A stretch of 63,710 bases of DNA, counting the filler, from Octopus bimaculoides (Eukaryota), in the NCBI RefSeq assembly GCF_001194135.2. It is 8 parts of 6 records of this genome, joined end to end, with 100 filler letters (N's around TTAATTAATTAA, not from the genome) between each part and the next. Parts side by side here need not be neighbours in the genome. Positions count along the whole stretch, not along the records: positions 1 to 10,518 come from NC_068990.1; positions 10,619 to 18,113 come from NC_068983.1; 6 more parts are not named here. One strand, written 5' to 3'. Below the pieces are notes generated by a model that saw only the letters and a program-made list of their open reading frames with translations, searched no databases and was not told the DNA's origin. Made by a program: the position numbers and the translations under genes. The number at the start of each line of letters is the position of its first letter. Within the stretch, counting starts at the first letter, position 1. Positions 1 to 12,608 of this stretch are shown piece after piece.

Positions 1-53
<53 letters not shown>

Positions 54-286
54 GTATATATCCCTCTCTTTTTATATATATTTTGTGTGTGAGTGTATAC
101 ACACACACACACGCACATATATACATGCATATATATTGATATATATATATACATACATATAGACAGACAGATAGACCAATTGATAGATAGATAGATACAT
201 ACATACATACATACATACATACATACATACAAGCATACATACATACATACATACATACATACATAGACAAACAAACACACACACAT
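1..286. repeat. Compound microsatellite (TA)n/(CATA)n/(GATA)n/(CA)n
   Basis: Simple repeats read directly; many similar tracts occur across the window, usually next to N gaps. Confidence 0.95.
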
Positions 287-1398
287 ATAAAAAGTGTGTT
301 TTTAAAATTATTTATTGAATTGTATCGTCTAGATGGGTTGCACTTTTCAAATTGTAAAGGTAATTTATTGGATTTGTCTTGAGAAAGGTATTGTACTAAT
401 AGTCTTAAGAGACCTGTTAAATCATCGATGAATTTAGATCGGATTTCAGTGGATTGGACCGGAAACTACATGACCGCGAAGCGATTGCTGTCTTTTGCAT
501 ATTTTACTAAATTTCATGCTGAGATTGTTACATGATCGCTTAAACTTGAATAGAACAAAACGATATTACAAATGATTCGTTGTAATAATATTTATCCACA
601 TAGTTATAAATCCATAAAAAGACAACTGGAGTTTAGATGAGAGAGAAAAGCGAAGACAGAAACAAAAAATACAAAGTCACATATTTTTCATAGCCAAAGT
701 TCACTGCTGACATTTAAGAAACAAACTAGTTTTGTGAACCATGACATAAAATAAGTCGATCTGGATGTTAAATCGATAAATTCCAAACTAGTCGCAGACT
801 TAATGCCGAAAAATGTAAAACCATCCATTGAATAACAGCTGTAAAAATAAAACTAAAAGAAACACGTATTATTGTCCGAGTTGCTGCAAGTATCGAAATG
901 TCATGTGGACGAACAGAGTTATTTAAAGTGTAACGTAACATTAAAAATATATTAAATGGTGTTTTCAAGCTTTGAAAGTTTTCTAGCCTGAGGGATAGAT
1001 TATGAGTGAAATGTTGAAATTAAGCTGTGAGACAAACAAAAGAGGATTTGAGATGAGATGGCTTACAGAGTATTAAATATTTTGGTAGTCAACAGAAGCA
1101 GCAACAAAACAGGAAAGATTCAGAAAGAGATATCGAGGCCATTACTTAGAAAGATTAAATAAATATATAAAATGTTTGAAGGTGCGACCTGTCAGATAGA
1201 CTTGACAGGTTTATGTTAGAGTAATAGAATGTTCCGCTTATACTTAATAAATATAAACTTGGTCAATAAATGGGACTTAAATGTGAAACACCATCTGGGA
1301 GCTAATAATGTATATGGATGAATGATGGAGTTTGTATGTGAAAAACGAGAAAACGGAAATGAAAGGCATTCCGCGGTAAAATCAAGTATACTTTTACT

Positions 1399-1945
1399 CT
1401 CTTACAGGTTTCAGTCATTTGACTGCAACCATGCTGGAGCACCGCTTAGAAGGGTCATAGACGAACAAATCGACCCTCAGGACTTATTTTTAAAACTAGT
1501 ACTTATTTTATCTGGTTCATTTGCCAAACTGCTAAGTTACGGAGACGTAAACACACTAACAGTGGTTGTCAAGCTATGGTGGGGGTCAAACACAGATACA
1601 GACACACACACACACACACACACACNNNNNNNNNNCACACACACACACACACACACACATATGTGTATATATATACATATATACACACATATGTCTGTGT
1701 CTTTGTGTCAGTGTTTGTCCCCCATCATCGCCGCTTGGCAATTGCTGTTGGTGTGTTTACGTCTCCGTAACTTAGCAGTTATATACACATATACAACGGG
1801 ATTCTTTCAGTTTTCCAACCACCAAATCCACTCACAAGCCTTTGGTCGGCCTGAGGCTACAGTAGAAGACACTTTACCAAGGTACAATGCAGTGGGACTG
1901 AACCCGGAAACATGTGGTAGAGAAGCAAACTTCTTACCTGCACCT
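1399..1945 (-). mobile_element. Composite fragments of an abundant tRNA/CORE-type SINE (family 1; resembles Octopus OR-type SINEs)
   Basis: Tail block (cagtcatttgactgc..ccatgctggagcaccgc) and head block (ccaaatccactcacaagcc..cagtgggactgaacccggaa) recur in more than 10 copies in this window. Confidence 0.8.
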
Positions 1946-2088
1946 ATAGCAGTCTTGCAGTCTTTTTTTCTTCTCTACAAGTAGATCTTACACTTGCTAA
2001 CCATTTAACATGATTTTAAAAGCCCAGCTGCAAAACTCAGACATAACGAAAAGACAAGATCAATAATGATGTACGCTGGTTGAAAATA

Positions 2089-2225
2089 GGCAGGTATGGC
2101 TGTGTGGTTAAGAAGCCCGCTTTGCAATAACGCAGTTTTGGGTTCAGTTCCACCGTGCAGTATATTGGGCAGGTACGTTTTACTATAGACCCGGGCTGAT
2201 GAACGATTTGCGAGTGAATTTGGTG
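2089..2225 (+). mobile_element. SINE family 1 head fragment
   Basis: A-box-like tggctgtgtggtta, B-box-like gggttcagttcc, and CORE-like ttgggcaggtacgttttactatag. Confidence 0.7.
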
Positions 2226-2359
2226 GAATGCGGCCATGCTGGGGCATCGCGTTGAACGGTTTAATCGAAAGAAATCGCCCCGGGTAATTACTTTTTTTGA
2301 AGCTTAGTACTTGTTCTATAGTAATGTCGACGGGGGTGAAGGGGGACGTGGTGGTTGAC

Positions 2360-2585
2360 ATGATGATGATGATGATGATAGTGAGAGTGAAGGTGCGGGT
2401 ACTGATGATAAAGATGATGATGATGGGGAAGAAGAGGAGGAGGAGGAGGAGGAGGAGAGAGGATGGGGATGATGAAGATGATCATGATGATGGGGAGGAG
2501 GAGGATGAAGTGGATCACGATATTGATGATGACAATTACATTAGAATGATTACGGCGATGACGACGATTACGATGACGACGACGT
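2360..2585. repeat. Purine-rich trinucleotide low-complexity tract (GAT/GAG/GAC)n
   Basis: Read directly; it accounts for the poly-M/R/D/H ORFs in the ORF track. Confidence 0.9.
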
Positions 2586-2934
2586 CGGCACCAGTGAGTC
2601 TTAAGCAAACAACACCATTTACAAGATTCCCTTTTCTATGGTGTTGGTAGATCTCCAACGAAGATTTCCCTTTCATCAATCGTCATGCCGAGTACGGATC
2701 AATTTGACAAAGCTAATTTCTGTTCTAGCGATTGGCCAACATCGGAAATCACGTAATTGTGGATGTGAAAGAGGCAGGAAATAGAACTCAACTAGAAGTT
2801 GGAACTATCTCGCCGTCTTGGATGCCTGAAGATTACCATCATATCATGGGGTGTATTTTAACAATTTTCGAAACTACACGAAATGTACGAAAAGACAAGG
2901 ACAGTACCTTACTATTTATTGTTTACTGTGTGTA

Positions 2935-2987
<53 letters not shown>

Positions 2988-3329
2988 NNNNNNNNNNNNN
3001 NNNNNNNNNNNNNNNNNNNNNNNNNNNNNNNNNNNNNNNNNNNNNNNNNNNNNNNNNNNNNNNNNNNNNNNNNNNNNNNNNNNNNNNNNNNNNNNNNNNN
3101 NNNNNNNNNNNNNNNNNNNNNNNNNNNNNNNNNNNNNNNNNNNNNNNNNNNNNNNNNNNNNNNNNNNNNNNNNNNNNNNNNNNNNNNNNNNNNNNNNNNN
3201 NNNNNNNNNNNNNNNNNNNNNNNNNNNNNNNNNNNNNNNNNNNNNNNNNNNNNNNNNNNNNNNNNNNNNNNNNNNNNNNNNNNNNNNNNNNNNNNNNNNN
3301 NNNNNNNNNNNNNNNNNNNNNNNTACGTG

Positions 3330-3493
3330 TTACACGTGTATAAGAGATGACCACTAGGTGGACATCCAATATGCTTGAAAGCATAATAATAATTTTTCTG
3401 AAGAACATCATTTTTCTTTGTGGTTGGGTCGGTGATGACCTCTTTCTAGCATATTGGATGTCCACCTAGTGGTCATCCCTTAGACACGTGTAA
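3330..3493. mobile_element. 164-bp MITE with 46-bp terminal inverted repeats
   Basis: 3330-3375 is the reverse complement of 3448-3493 with 2 mismatches; the ends read TA-CACGTG...CACGTG-TA. Confidence 0.75.
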
Positions 3494-3647
3494 TACAATT
3501 GATTCTGAATTTTCAGGGGTTTTTTATATGCTAGGCCACTTGGTTTTAAATTGAATTAATATTCAATTTATCACCCTATCTATATATGGTGAAAGGATGA
3601 AAAGCAAAGTCAACCTCGGCAGAATTTGAACTCAGAANNNNNNNNNN

Positions 3648-3683
<36 letters not shown>

Positions 3684-3918
3684 GTTGATATATGCTTCCA
3701 TGCATGCTAAACACGCAGACAGACATGCACCCGTACATATGAAAATACAACCAGACGCACACGCACATGACTAGGGGGAAGGGGAAATAGAATATCACAG
3801 AATACAATAGAATACAATATCACAGTCGTTGTATCCCTTGCATAATCCAATCAATGGCGATCCCATTGTTGTCGTGCATTCCATCACTATTTTACGTACG
3901 TACGTACGTACACACACC

Positions 3919-3955
<37 letters not shown>

Positions 3956-4734
3956 GCACACATACGCACGCACACATATGGATAGATGCATGATATATCT
4001 GTCGATGGAATTGCCAATCAATAAACAGTATCCACACTTACTACACTTACATTACTACTTATTTTCTTTTACAAAATCAGAAAGAATGTGTAAACGTGTT
4101 TAGAGAGACTTACATATTTCTTCAGAGCAAAACCGAGACTATACAATTATCGACGAGAAATCGTTTTCACATGAGACTAAATATGCATCTGATGAAATAT
4201 CTGTCATTTCTTTACAACACAACAATACGGTCCTAATAACGATTATTAATATTGATGTTTATCTTCGAAAGGGAATAATGCGATCTCAATTTTGATAAAA
4301 CAAAAGAGGAATTAACAGTTTGTAGCTAGACAACTGTGAACGATACTTAAGAGCGTCTTGATGAATAGGTTGTTTATATAAAAACGCATTTACTTTCTCT
4401 GTAGAGGAATGTCTCGTAATTGGATATCTATAAAGAATCTGTATAGTTTACGTTTCAGACAGCGAGTTCGATTAAATATAGGTTTTGATGTAAACTCAAA
4501 ATGGAAAAAAATGTATACAGTGATACTTCACTTTACGAGGACTCGTTTTGCGAGACCCCGAGTTTACGAGTTTTATTTTTCAAGCGCAAGACCCAAATTG
4601 CAAAAGTTTCTACTATCATAACAAATGCTTCTGCGTGTTTACCGAGAAATTTATAGAGTGAAAAAGAGCTTCCGCTAAGCAAACAACTCTAAACTTGTAT
4701 TTTAAAAAGAAAATAGACACACATAGATACACAT

Positions 4735-4900
4735 ATATACGTATATGACGGGCTTCTTTCAATTTCCGTCTACTAAATCCAGTCATAAGGGCTGTGGTCG
4801 GCGTGAAGCTATAGCAGAAGACATTAGTGTAAATTTTCACGCAGTGGGACTGAACCCGGAAACCATGTAGTTGGAAAGCAAACTTCTTAATACACAGCCA
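4735..4900 (-). mobile_element. SINE family 1 head fragment
   Basis: ggcttctttcaatttccgtctactaaatcc..cagtgggactgaacccggaaaccatg matches the other copies. Confidence 0.8.
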
Positions 4901-5309
4901 CGTCTGCACACACACACACACACACAAACACAAACACTCCCTTATGGAGTTATATAGTAGCTGATGTTTCTATAAGGCAAATGGACATTAGAGGAAAAAT
5001 AAGTAAATAGGGGATTGTGTAGAAACATAAATAAGTAATAAATGAACGTTTGTGTAACATAACCAAACAATACGAGAAATTAATGACATCTTCAGTGCTT
5101 GATCTTACAAATAAATATATGGTAATGCCGTATTTGAAATTATAACAAATTGATATGAGCAATGAAGGGTCTTGTGCCGATAAAGGAAATCATTCTCAAT
5201 AAAAGGTGTATGTAAAAGGGTTATTTTATGCTTATTCTTGTTCAAAATGGGTGGGTTAAAAAATTGTCATCCAATTTCATTCATAAGTTAGACACACAAC
5301 TTTAATATT

Positions 5310-5522
5310 GGTTTCAAATTTTGGCACAAGGCCAGTTATTTCGGGGGAGGGGATAAGTCAACTGCATCAACCCCAGTTCTCCACTGGTTCTTATTTTATC
5401 GACCCCGAAATGAGAAAAGGCAAATTCGACTTCGGCGGCGTTTGAACTCAGAACATAAAAAATGACAAAATGCTACGAAGCATTTTGCTCAGAGTGCTAA
5501 CTGTTCTACCAGCTTCCCGCCT
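5310..5522 (-). mobile_element. tRNA-derived SINE family 2 (central block resembles the Meta/MESC domain)
   Basis: The minus strand reads a B-box gagttcaaacgcc followed by gccgaagtcgaatttgccttttctc..tttcggggtcgataaaataagaaccagt. The domain name is recalled resemblance only. Confidence 0.7.
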
Positions 5523-6569
5523 TATACTTAACTTTAATATTGACTTTTATGGGAAGGTGAAGATAATCGAGCTTATATGGAGTTGTATAGTAGCTAATGT
5601 TTCTACAAGTCATATGGACTTTAGAGCAAAAATATGGAAAAGGGGGGTCATTCACGAATGCAAATATGTAAATTTGAACGTTTGTTTATCGTAACAGAGC
5701 GATACGATAAATGGATACCACTGATGGTTAGACTTAAATACATAAATATAGTAACGCTGTGTTTGAAATTGTAGCAAATTGATGCGAATACTGAAGGGAC
5801 TTGTGCCTACGTAGAAAACCATTCGAAATGAATGGTAAATAAAAAAAAAGGGTGTTTGTTTTATACAAAATGCATTTTCAACAATAAATTTTTAAAGTGC
5901 TAATTGTCAGTATTATTATGGAAACAATAATGATAATTAGAAATATGTCTATACAATCGAAAATCAAATTGACAGCTTCCTTTATGCTTAGTGACAAAGA
6001 ACACACTCAGAACACACCCACACACGTGGGTGGGTGTAAAATACAATTTATGTTGCCTCAATATCAGCTCATTATGTGGCTATTGTTGGTCACTGATTAG
6101 AGTTATCTTTATACTTTACTCAGACACATATTCAATCAGGTTGAAAAAGATCGTATATGGATTGAAATCCAAATATTTAATGACAAGATACGTGTTTAGA
6201 CATTGACTGATCGCGATTCTACAGGAAATATATTCAATCACGTTGTTGGAATAAGTGTGTGAATCTAGAAGGGGATCATGTTGATTAAAATCATAATTAA
6301 CTGATCTTCCTGTATTTTCTTTTACTCAAAACCAGGAATTTTCCAACACCCTCTCATATGTATATCAACATCTTTAATCGGTTTTCGACCCCTTTAGGGT
6401 TCCCATCAGAGGTGTCTCCATCTCTTGACCAATCCCAGAGAAACAAATAACCATTCTGTTTATATATACACTCCAACTGTATTAATTTCAGAGAACTGAC
6501 GCTGCTAATTTTCTATAAATATTTAAGACAATATTTAATATTGCATTATGTCGTATCACACACACACAC

Positions 6570-6618
<49 letters not shown>

Positions 6619-7267
6619 ATATATATAGTTCCACCAGCTCACTATCTATTTTATCAACCATAACGCCTATTCCATTTACATCAAGAACGTTCTGGAAAAC
6701 AGCTTAGCTTAAAGAACATTACCATTTATTTTGTATCATTGATATAAATACCACACTGGCGACTATTGTTTATTTTTCTCTATCGTTTAAAATTGCATTT
6801 TTGATTTTGGAATCTTTTATTTTTTTGTATGGTTGTATAAGACTGTTGTCAGCAACATAATGTTGCAATTTAATATTTTTGACAATCACATAAAAAAAAA
6901 CAATACAAAGGAATTTTTTTTAATATTACAAATATAACATTGATGAGATAAAGTTGATATCAAACGTGATATCTGTACAGTGTTTAAAAAAACGTAATAA
7001 AATTACTTTATAAAAAGTAATTGAAATGGTCGTGCCACAGCTGTTCGAGTCTATCAGTTAGTTGACTATATTTTTGTATTTCATCATGTATGTTGTTGCA
7101 TTGTATTTCTGGTCGATTATTTTAGTGAACCAAACCAGTTACTAAAAAGTAATCACAAAACCTAGCATTTAAAACGATCACGAAATGTCTGCTTGCGTGC
7201 TGCTCATATTTAAAGAGAGAGAAGTACGTTTTTCTTCTTGTTTTTTTTTTGTTTTTTGGTAATGGCG

Positions 7268-7445
7268 GTGAAGACACGTGGTCCAGTGGTTAAAGTGTTG
7301 CATTCACGATGTTATAATCGTGATTTCGATTCCTAGACTGGGTGGTTAGTTGTGTTTTTGAGCAAGACATTTCATTTCGCGTTGCTATGTTCCACTCAGC
7401 TGTAAATGAGCTCCTGCAATATCTGGGAATTTAACCCTGCGACGG
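7268..7445 (+). mobile_element. tRNA-derived SINE family 3 head
   Basis: A-box tggtccagtggttaaag, B-box gatttcgattcc, then tttttgagcaagacatttcatttcgcgttgc; similar to 14003-14335, 21628-21760 and 28815-28900. Confidence 0.7.
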
Positions 7446-8002
7446 GTAGGTGAAGTTCTACTCATTCAGAGGAGTAGTATCGAAGAAATCTCAGTCAATT
7501 AAAAACCATGAAAATCGGATTAATTTTCTGCTCTAAGAGTCTTGAGTTACGTGGCTGACTTAGGTCTATCGATGGATCCAAAATTAGCAAATTGACATGA
7601 CCTCGTTAGAGGATATTTTTTTAAGTCTGCTCATTGTAGATTGAGCGCAAAGTGTTTAGATTGCACGTGGATGATGCTTAGTAGCATATTGTTAAGGAGA
7701 AATCAAGTGTGATATAAATTATGTAAGATGGGCGCTGTTATAGAAAACGGTAAGTTATTAATGTGTCGGGGAAAAAAGGTATGCGTGATAAAACTAAATC
7801 CCTGGACGAACAAGGGTTGACTGAGTGAGAACTAGAGACGACACCATTAGTAAAGGCTAATGTGTGATAGCATGATCGAACCACAGAAGAGAGGAAGGAA
7901 GGATGGGGACCATTTATTTAACACCATTTATTTAAACCGTGGATCTGCTGGATCTGGATCGACCTGGTTGCTGTGGCTTAGTCCTGATATACTGGACTAA
8001 GA

Positions 8003-8587
8003 GTGGAGGCGCAATGGCCCAGTGGTTAGGGCAGCGGACTCGCGCTCATAGGATCGCGGTTTCGATTCCCAGACCGGCCGTTGTGAGTGTTTATTGAGCG
8101 AAAACACCTAAAGCTCCACGAGGCTCCGGCAGGGGATGGTGGCGAACCCTGCTGTACTCTTCCACCACAACTTTCTCTCACTCTTACTTCCTGNNNNNNN
8201 NNNGAGTGGAGGCGCAATGGCCCAGTGGTTAGGGCAGCGGACTCGCGCTCATAGGATCGCGGTTTCGATTCCCAGACCGGCCGTTGTGAGTGTTTATTGA
8301 GCGAAAACACCTAAAGCTCCACGAGGCTCCGGCAGGGGATGGTGGCGAACCCTGCTGTACTCTTCCACCACAACTTTCTCTCACTCTTACTTCCTGTTTC
8401 TGTTGTGCCCGTAATTCAAAGGGTCAGCCTTGTCACACTGTGTCACGCTGAATATTCCCGGGAACTACGTTAAGGGTACACGTGTCTGTGGAGTGCTCAG
8501 CCACTTGCACGTTAATTTCACGAGCAGGCTGTTCCGTTGATCGGATCAACTGGAACCCTCGACGTCGAAAGCGGCGGAGTGCCAACA
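8003..8587 (+). mobile_element. Full-length young tRNA-derived SINE (family 4) with 12-bp target-site duplication
   Basis: A-box tggcccagtggttag, B-box ggtttcgattccc, (CAA) tail, and TSD actggactaaga at 7991-8002 and 8588-8599. The first ~190 bp is repeated across a 10-N gap. Confidence 0.9.
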
Positions 8588-8779
8588 ACTGGACTAAGAT
8601 TAAGCAACTGTAATAGCAACAACAACAACACTAACTAAAATTTCTTAAAATAAAATAGCTAGCGTGAATTATTGTATGCTATGACATTAGACACACTTGT
8701 GAGATAAGTTCAGAACAATACAAGATAAAATACAAAGTAAACTATAAAAACAAAAAAAAAACGGAACAACATTTGGATA

Positions 8780-9155
8780 ATACAGTTCTATATTTAATAG
8801 ATGAGGAATTATGTACGTTATTTACATTATTTACGTTATTTAGATTCGACGGATATTTGTCCTCATCTTGTTTGTTGTTAACACAACGTTTCGGCTGATA
8901 TAACCTCAGGGGCATATGGCGTAGTGGTTAAGAGCGCGGGGTACTAACCCCAAGATTCCGAGTTCGATTCCAGGCAGTAACCTGAACAATAATAATAATG
9001 ATGATGATGATGATGACGATGATGATGATGATAGCAACAACATCGAAGAATACCTTCAGAATGAGAACTACAGAAGGCTGGAGGGTGTATCAGCCGAAAC
9101 GTTGTGTTATCAACAAACAAGATGAGGACAAATATCCGCCGAATGTAAATTATGC
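8780..9155 (+). mobile_element. tRNA-headed element flanked by 65-bp inverted repeats carrying a partial hammerhead motif (Penelope-type end)
   Basis: 8838-8902 is the reverse complement of 9086-9150 with ~4 mismatches. A tRNA-like head lies at ~8909-8980. The motif is GGCTG..CAGCC-GAAACGTT-GTGTT. Confidence 0.7.
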
Positions 9156-9260
9156 AAATATTTAGATATTTACCTTATATTTCGATATTTCGGGGGAATG
9201 ATCTCTTCTTCAAGACATGGAGAAATGAGAGATGGACTAAGTCGTTGTGTGGAGGAGGAT

Positions 9261-9417
9261 GGTAACATGCGTAGACTAGTGACATGCGCAGACTAGCGGC
9301 ATGTGTAGACTAGTGATATGCGTAGACTAGTGACATGCGCAGACTAGTGGCCTGTGCAGACTAGTGAAATGTGCAGACTAGTGACATGTGTAGGCTAGTG
9401 ACATGTGCAGACTGGTG
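9261..9417. repeat. 17-bp minisatellite, consensus GACTAGTGACATGYGCA, 8 full plus 2 partial copies
   Basis: Units start at 9274, 9291, 9308, 9325, 9342, 9359, 9376 and 9393 with no spacers. Confidence 0.95.
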
Positions 9418-10479
9418 TTGTTACATCAGGTTGGTGAAACTACAAGTGTTGTTCTGTTATTTTTTTCTCCTTTGTAGTTTATTTTGTGTTTTTATCTCGT
9501 ATTGTTCCAGCCTTAGCTTACAAGTTTGTCTAAAATATCTCAGTTGAAAATCTATATTCTATAAAATGAGATAGTTATGAAAGCAGAAACTCTTGAAGTT
9601 TGTAATCGAGCGACTAAAATAATACCTCGCTTTTAGAATATTCTCGTTAAATTAAAGTTCATCAACATATTTTAAAGAAATATTTTCAATTTCAGCTGCA
9701 ATTCGGAAAACAAGAGTGTCCTTTTAAAGTTAATGCTAAAGATGCAAGAATCCATATCAAGGAATGGAATTCGGAAAGAACCGATAAAATGTTTTTATGG
9801 AGGCTATTTTCAGAAAAAAAGATGTTTAAAGTCCTCCATGTTAGTATTTCAGACACTTATATTACAGCAATTAAATGAACTACATATATTTCAGCTGGAT
9901 CTTGAGAGCCATCGTGTTTAATATTTGGTTTCGTGATGGTGGTGGTGGTGGTGGTGGTGGTGATGGTGGTAGCGGAGGCGGCTGTGGTGCTAGTGGTGGT
10001 GGTGGTGGTGGTGGTAGTGTGGTAGAACATAAAAATTGCAATTAAGTTTAATTGAACTAAAACCAAGTTTAAGTCTAAATAACTTGTCTAATTTACAATA
10101 TATTCTACAATAAACATTGTAATTTAACTGACTTGATTCATTTAATTAGAATAATTTTTTTTTATTTTCTGTATAAATCATTTCAAATAATTTACATTAC
10201 CCGAACTTTGGTAGCGCGTTTACTGTTTTTGGGAGTAAAAGAAGGTTCTAATGAAAATGCAGATATATTGATATAAACATGAACCATTTATCACTTCTAA
10301 TATTAATGATAGGCACTTAATGCAAATTTGATTTGAGATATTGGAATTCAATTAAGAAACATTAATGATATAAAGAAGAGTATTACTAATCGATAAGGTA
10401 TCGGACAGTTTTTGATTTTGATTTACGGAAATATAGCGGGCGTTCAATGTTAAACAAGAATGAGCAAGTATCTCTCTGC

Positions 10480-10518
<39 letters not shown>

Positions 10519-10618
10519 NNNNNNNNNNNNNNNNNNNNNNNNNNNNNNNNNNNNNNNNNNNNTTAATTAATTAANNNNNNNNNNNNNNNNNNNNNNNNNN
10601 NNNNNNNNNNNNNNNNNN

Positions 10619-10661
<43 letters not shown>

Positions 10662-10736
10662 TGCAGAGATAGATGGATAGTTAAATAGATAAACATATAT
10701 ATATGTATATATATATGTACAAGTATTTTATACATG

Positions 10737-10767
<31 letters not shown>

Positions 10768-11025
10768 CCGAAGCTGTGCAATATAGATGAGAAATAAATG
10801 AAAATACGGGCAAAATTAATTCTAACTCTAAATGAAGTCCCAGTACATTAATATATTATAGAAATCATCTTTCTTTATTTACAAATCACTTTTATTGAAA
10901 CCTAAATTAGTATCTGACTTCCGATATTTTCCATTCCCCAAATTATGGATACGGAAGACATACGTACGAATGTATGTATATGTATTTATGTATATGCTTG
11001 TATGTGTAACGTGTGCATATATATC

Positions 11026-11092
<67 letters not shown>

Positions 11093-11819
11093 TCATATAT
11101 GTGTATATGTATATATATACATATATACATCTATACATATATGTATGTATTCATATATGTATAAAGATATATGTATGTATATATATATCANNNNNNNNNN
11201 NNNNNNNNNNNNNNNNNNNNNNNNNNNNNNNNNNNNNNNNNNNNNNNNNNNNNNNNNNNNNNNNNNNNNNNNNNNNNNNNNNNNNNNNNNNNNNNNNNNN
11301 NNNNNNNNNNNNNNNNNNNNNNNNNNNNNNNNNNNNNNNNNNNNNNNNNNNNNNNNNNNNNNNNNNNNNNNNNNNNNNNNNNNNNNNNNNNNNNNNNNNN
11401 NNNNNNNNNNNNATGCACGCTCATAAATATATATTTATAAATTGATAATATAGATCAGAAGTCAGTATATATATACATATATGTGTGTGTGTGCGTGTGC
11501 GTGTGTATTACTTAATTGATAAACAGATGTATGCATATACGTCTAAGTATTATATGTACGTATACATACAGATATGTGTATATATATTCATGTATGTATA
11601 AACTTGTACAGATAAATAAAACATATAAATGCACACACACACACACACACACACACGCGTATGTATGAACAGAAGTTTACCAACATATCAATTACTCTGA
11701 GTCTTCTCATCTCAATCATAAAACGACGGAAATATAGCAATTCATCAGAACCAACAGTTCTTTCTTCAAAATGACTTCACTTCATAATAATATATAGGTT
11801 TGAATGCTTTATCTCTCTT

Positions 11820-11856
<37 letters not shown>

Positions 11857-12521
11857 CTATCCATTTCTAATCTCTCTCTATCTCTCTCACTCTCTCCTCT
11901 CCGCCTACCTCGTCTTACTGACCACCCACGTCTTGAAGGAGAAACTATCTTCATCTTGCTTTATATAATGAAGCAAGTTTTAATTCGTCGCATTTTAAGT
12001 AATCTACAGCTTCAATCTCTAAGATAAACTTCCAGTTTGTTTATTAAGGCGCTATTGAAAACATTGACATTAAGGTTCTCGAATCTATGACCTCGCCGCT
12101 GATTATCTTCATAAATGATCTCCTTTACGGATTTCACAATTCCCATAGGTGGCAGTTGGTGGTGTTGGTATAGCGTGGATATGACGTGCACTGTCACGAT
12201 ATTCATCTCGTCGTCTTTTCTGTTGTTGTCGTTGTTCTTGTTGCTGCTGCTGTTGGTAACCTTGTTGTTGTTAATATCGCCTTTATCGCTTGTTTTAGTT
12301 GTTATTGTTGTTGATTTTGTGGTAAATTCATAACCAAATATTTAGATATTTGGCTGTGTAGGTTTCAAATCGATCACGTCTCAATTTTATGTGTGTATGT
12401 ATACATTTATAGCTTACATGCGACTGCCTATATGCGTATGTAACAATATGTGTGTATTCTGCATGTTAATATAACTTGCCTATTTCAGAATCCAGAATCT
12501 ATTAAATATTGATTTATACAT

Positions 12522-12608
<87 letters not shown>

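Noticed and set aside
314-344. IELYRLDGL resembling the Penelope RT motif GLYRDDGL
   Set aside because: No other RT motifs are nearby. The same 16-mer (ctagatgggttgcact) recurs at 49381 in a different context, suggesting an unrelated repeat or chance.
2288-2650. His/Pro/Asp/Met-rich ORFs; likewise poly-Ile at 17373-17754 and poly-Thr at 9857-10066
   Set aside because: These are translations of trinucleotide microsatellites.
8003-8400. Exact ~190-bp tandem duplication of the SINE 5' part
   Set aside because: The copies are identical and separated by exactly 10 N, most likely an unmerged contig overlap. A single TSD pair flanks the whole element.
8909-8980. tRNA-like sequences (also 7268, 8003, 14260-14335, 28815) as tRNA genes
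   Set aside because: A and B boxes are present but there is no complete cloverleaf or acceptor stem, and each continues into a SINE body.
9261-9417. Regularly spaced repeat as a possible CRISPR array
   Set aside because: The units are contiguous with no unique spacers, there are no cas genes, and the context is eukaryotic.
10563-10574. TTAATTAATTAA palindrome recurring at 10563, 18158, 29913, 35130, 57603, 59076 and 61662
   Set aside because: It always sits inside N runs (44 N + 12 + 44 N = 100 bp where counted) and has stops in all six frames, so it is an artificial scaffolding linker.
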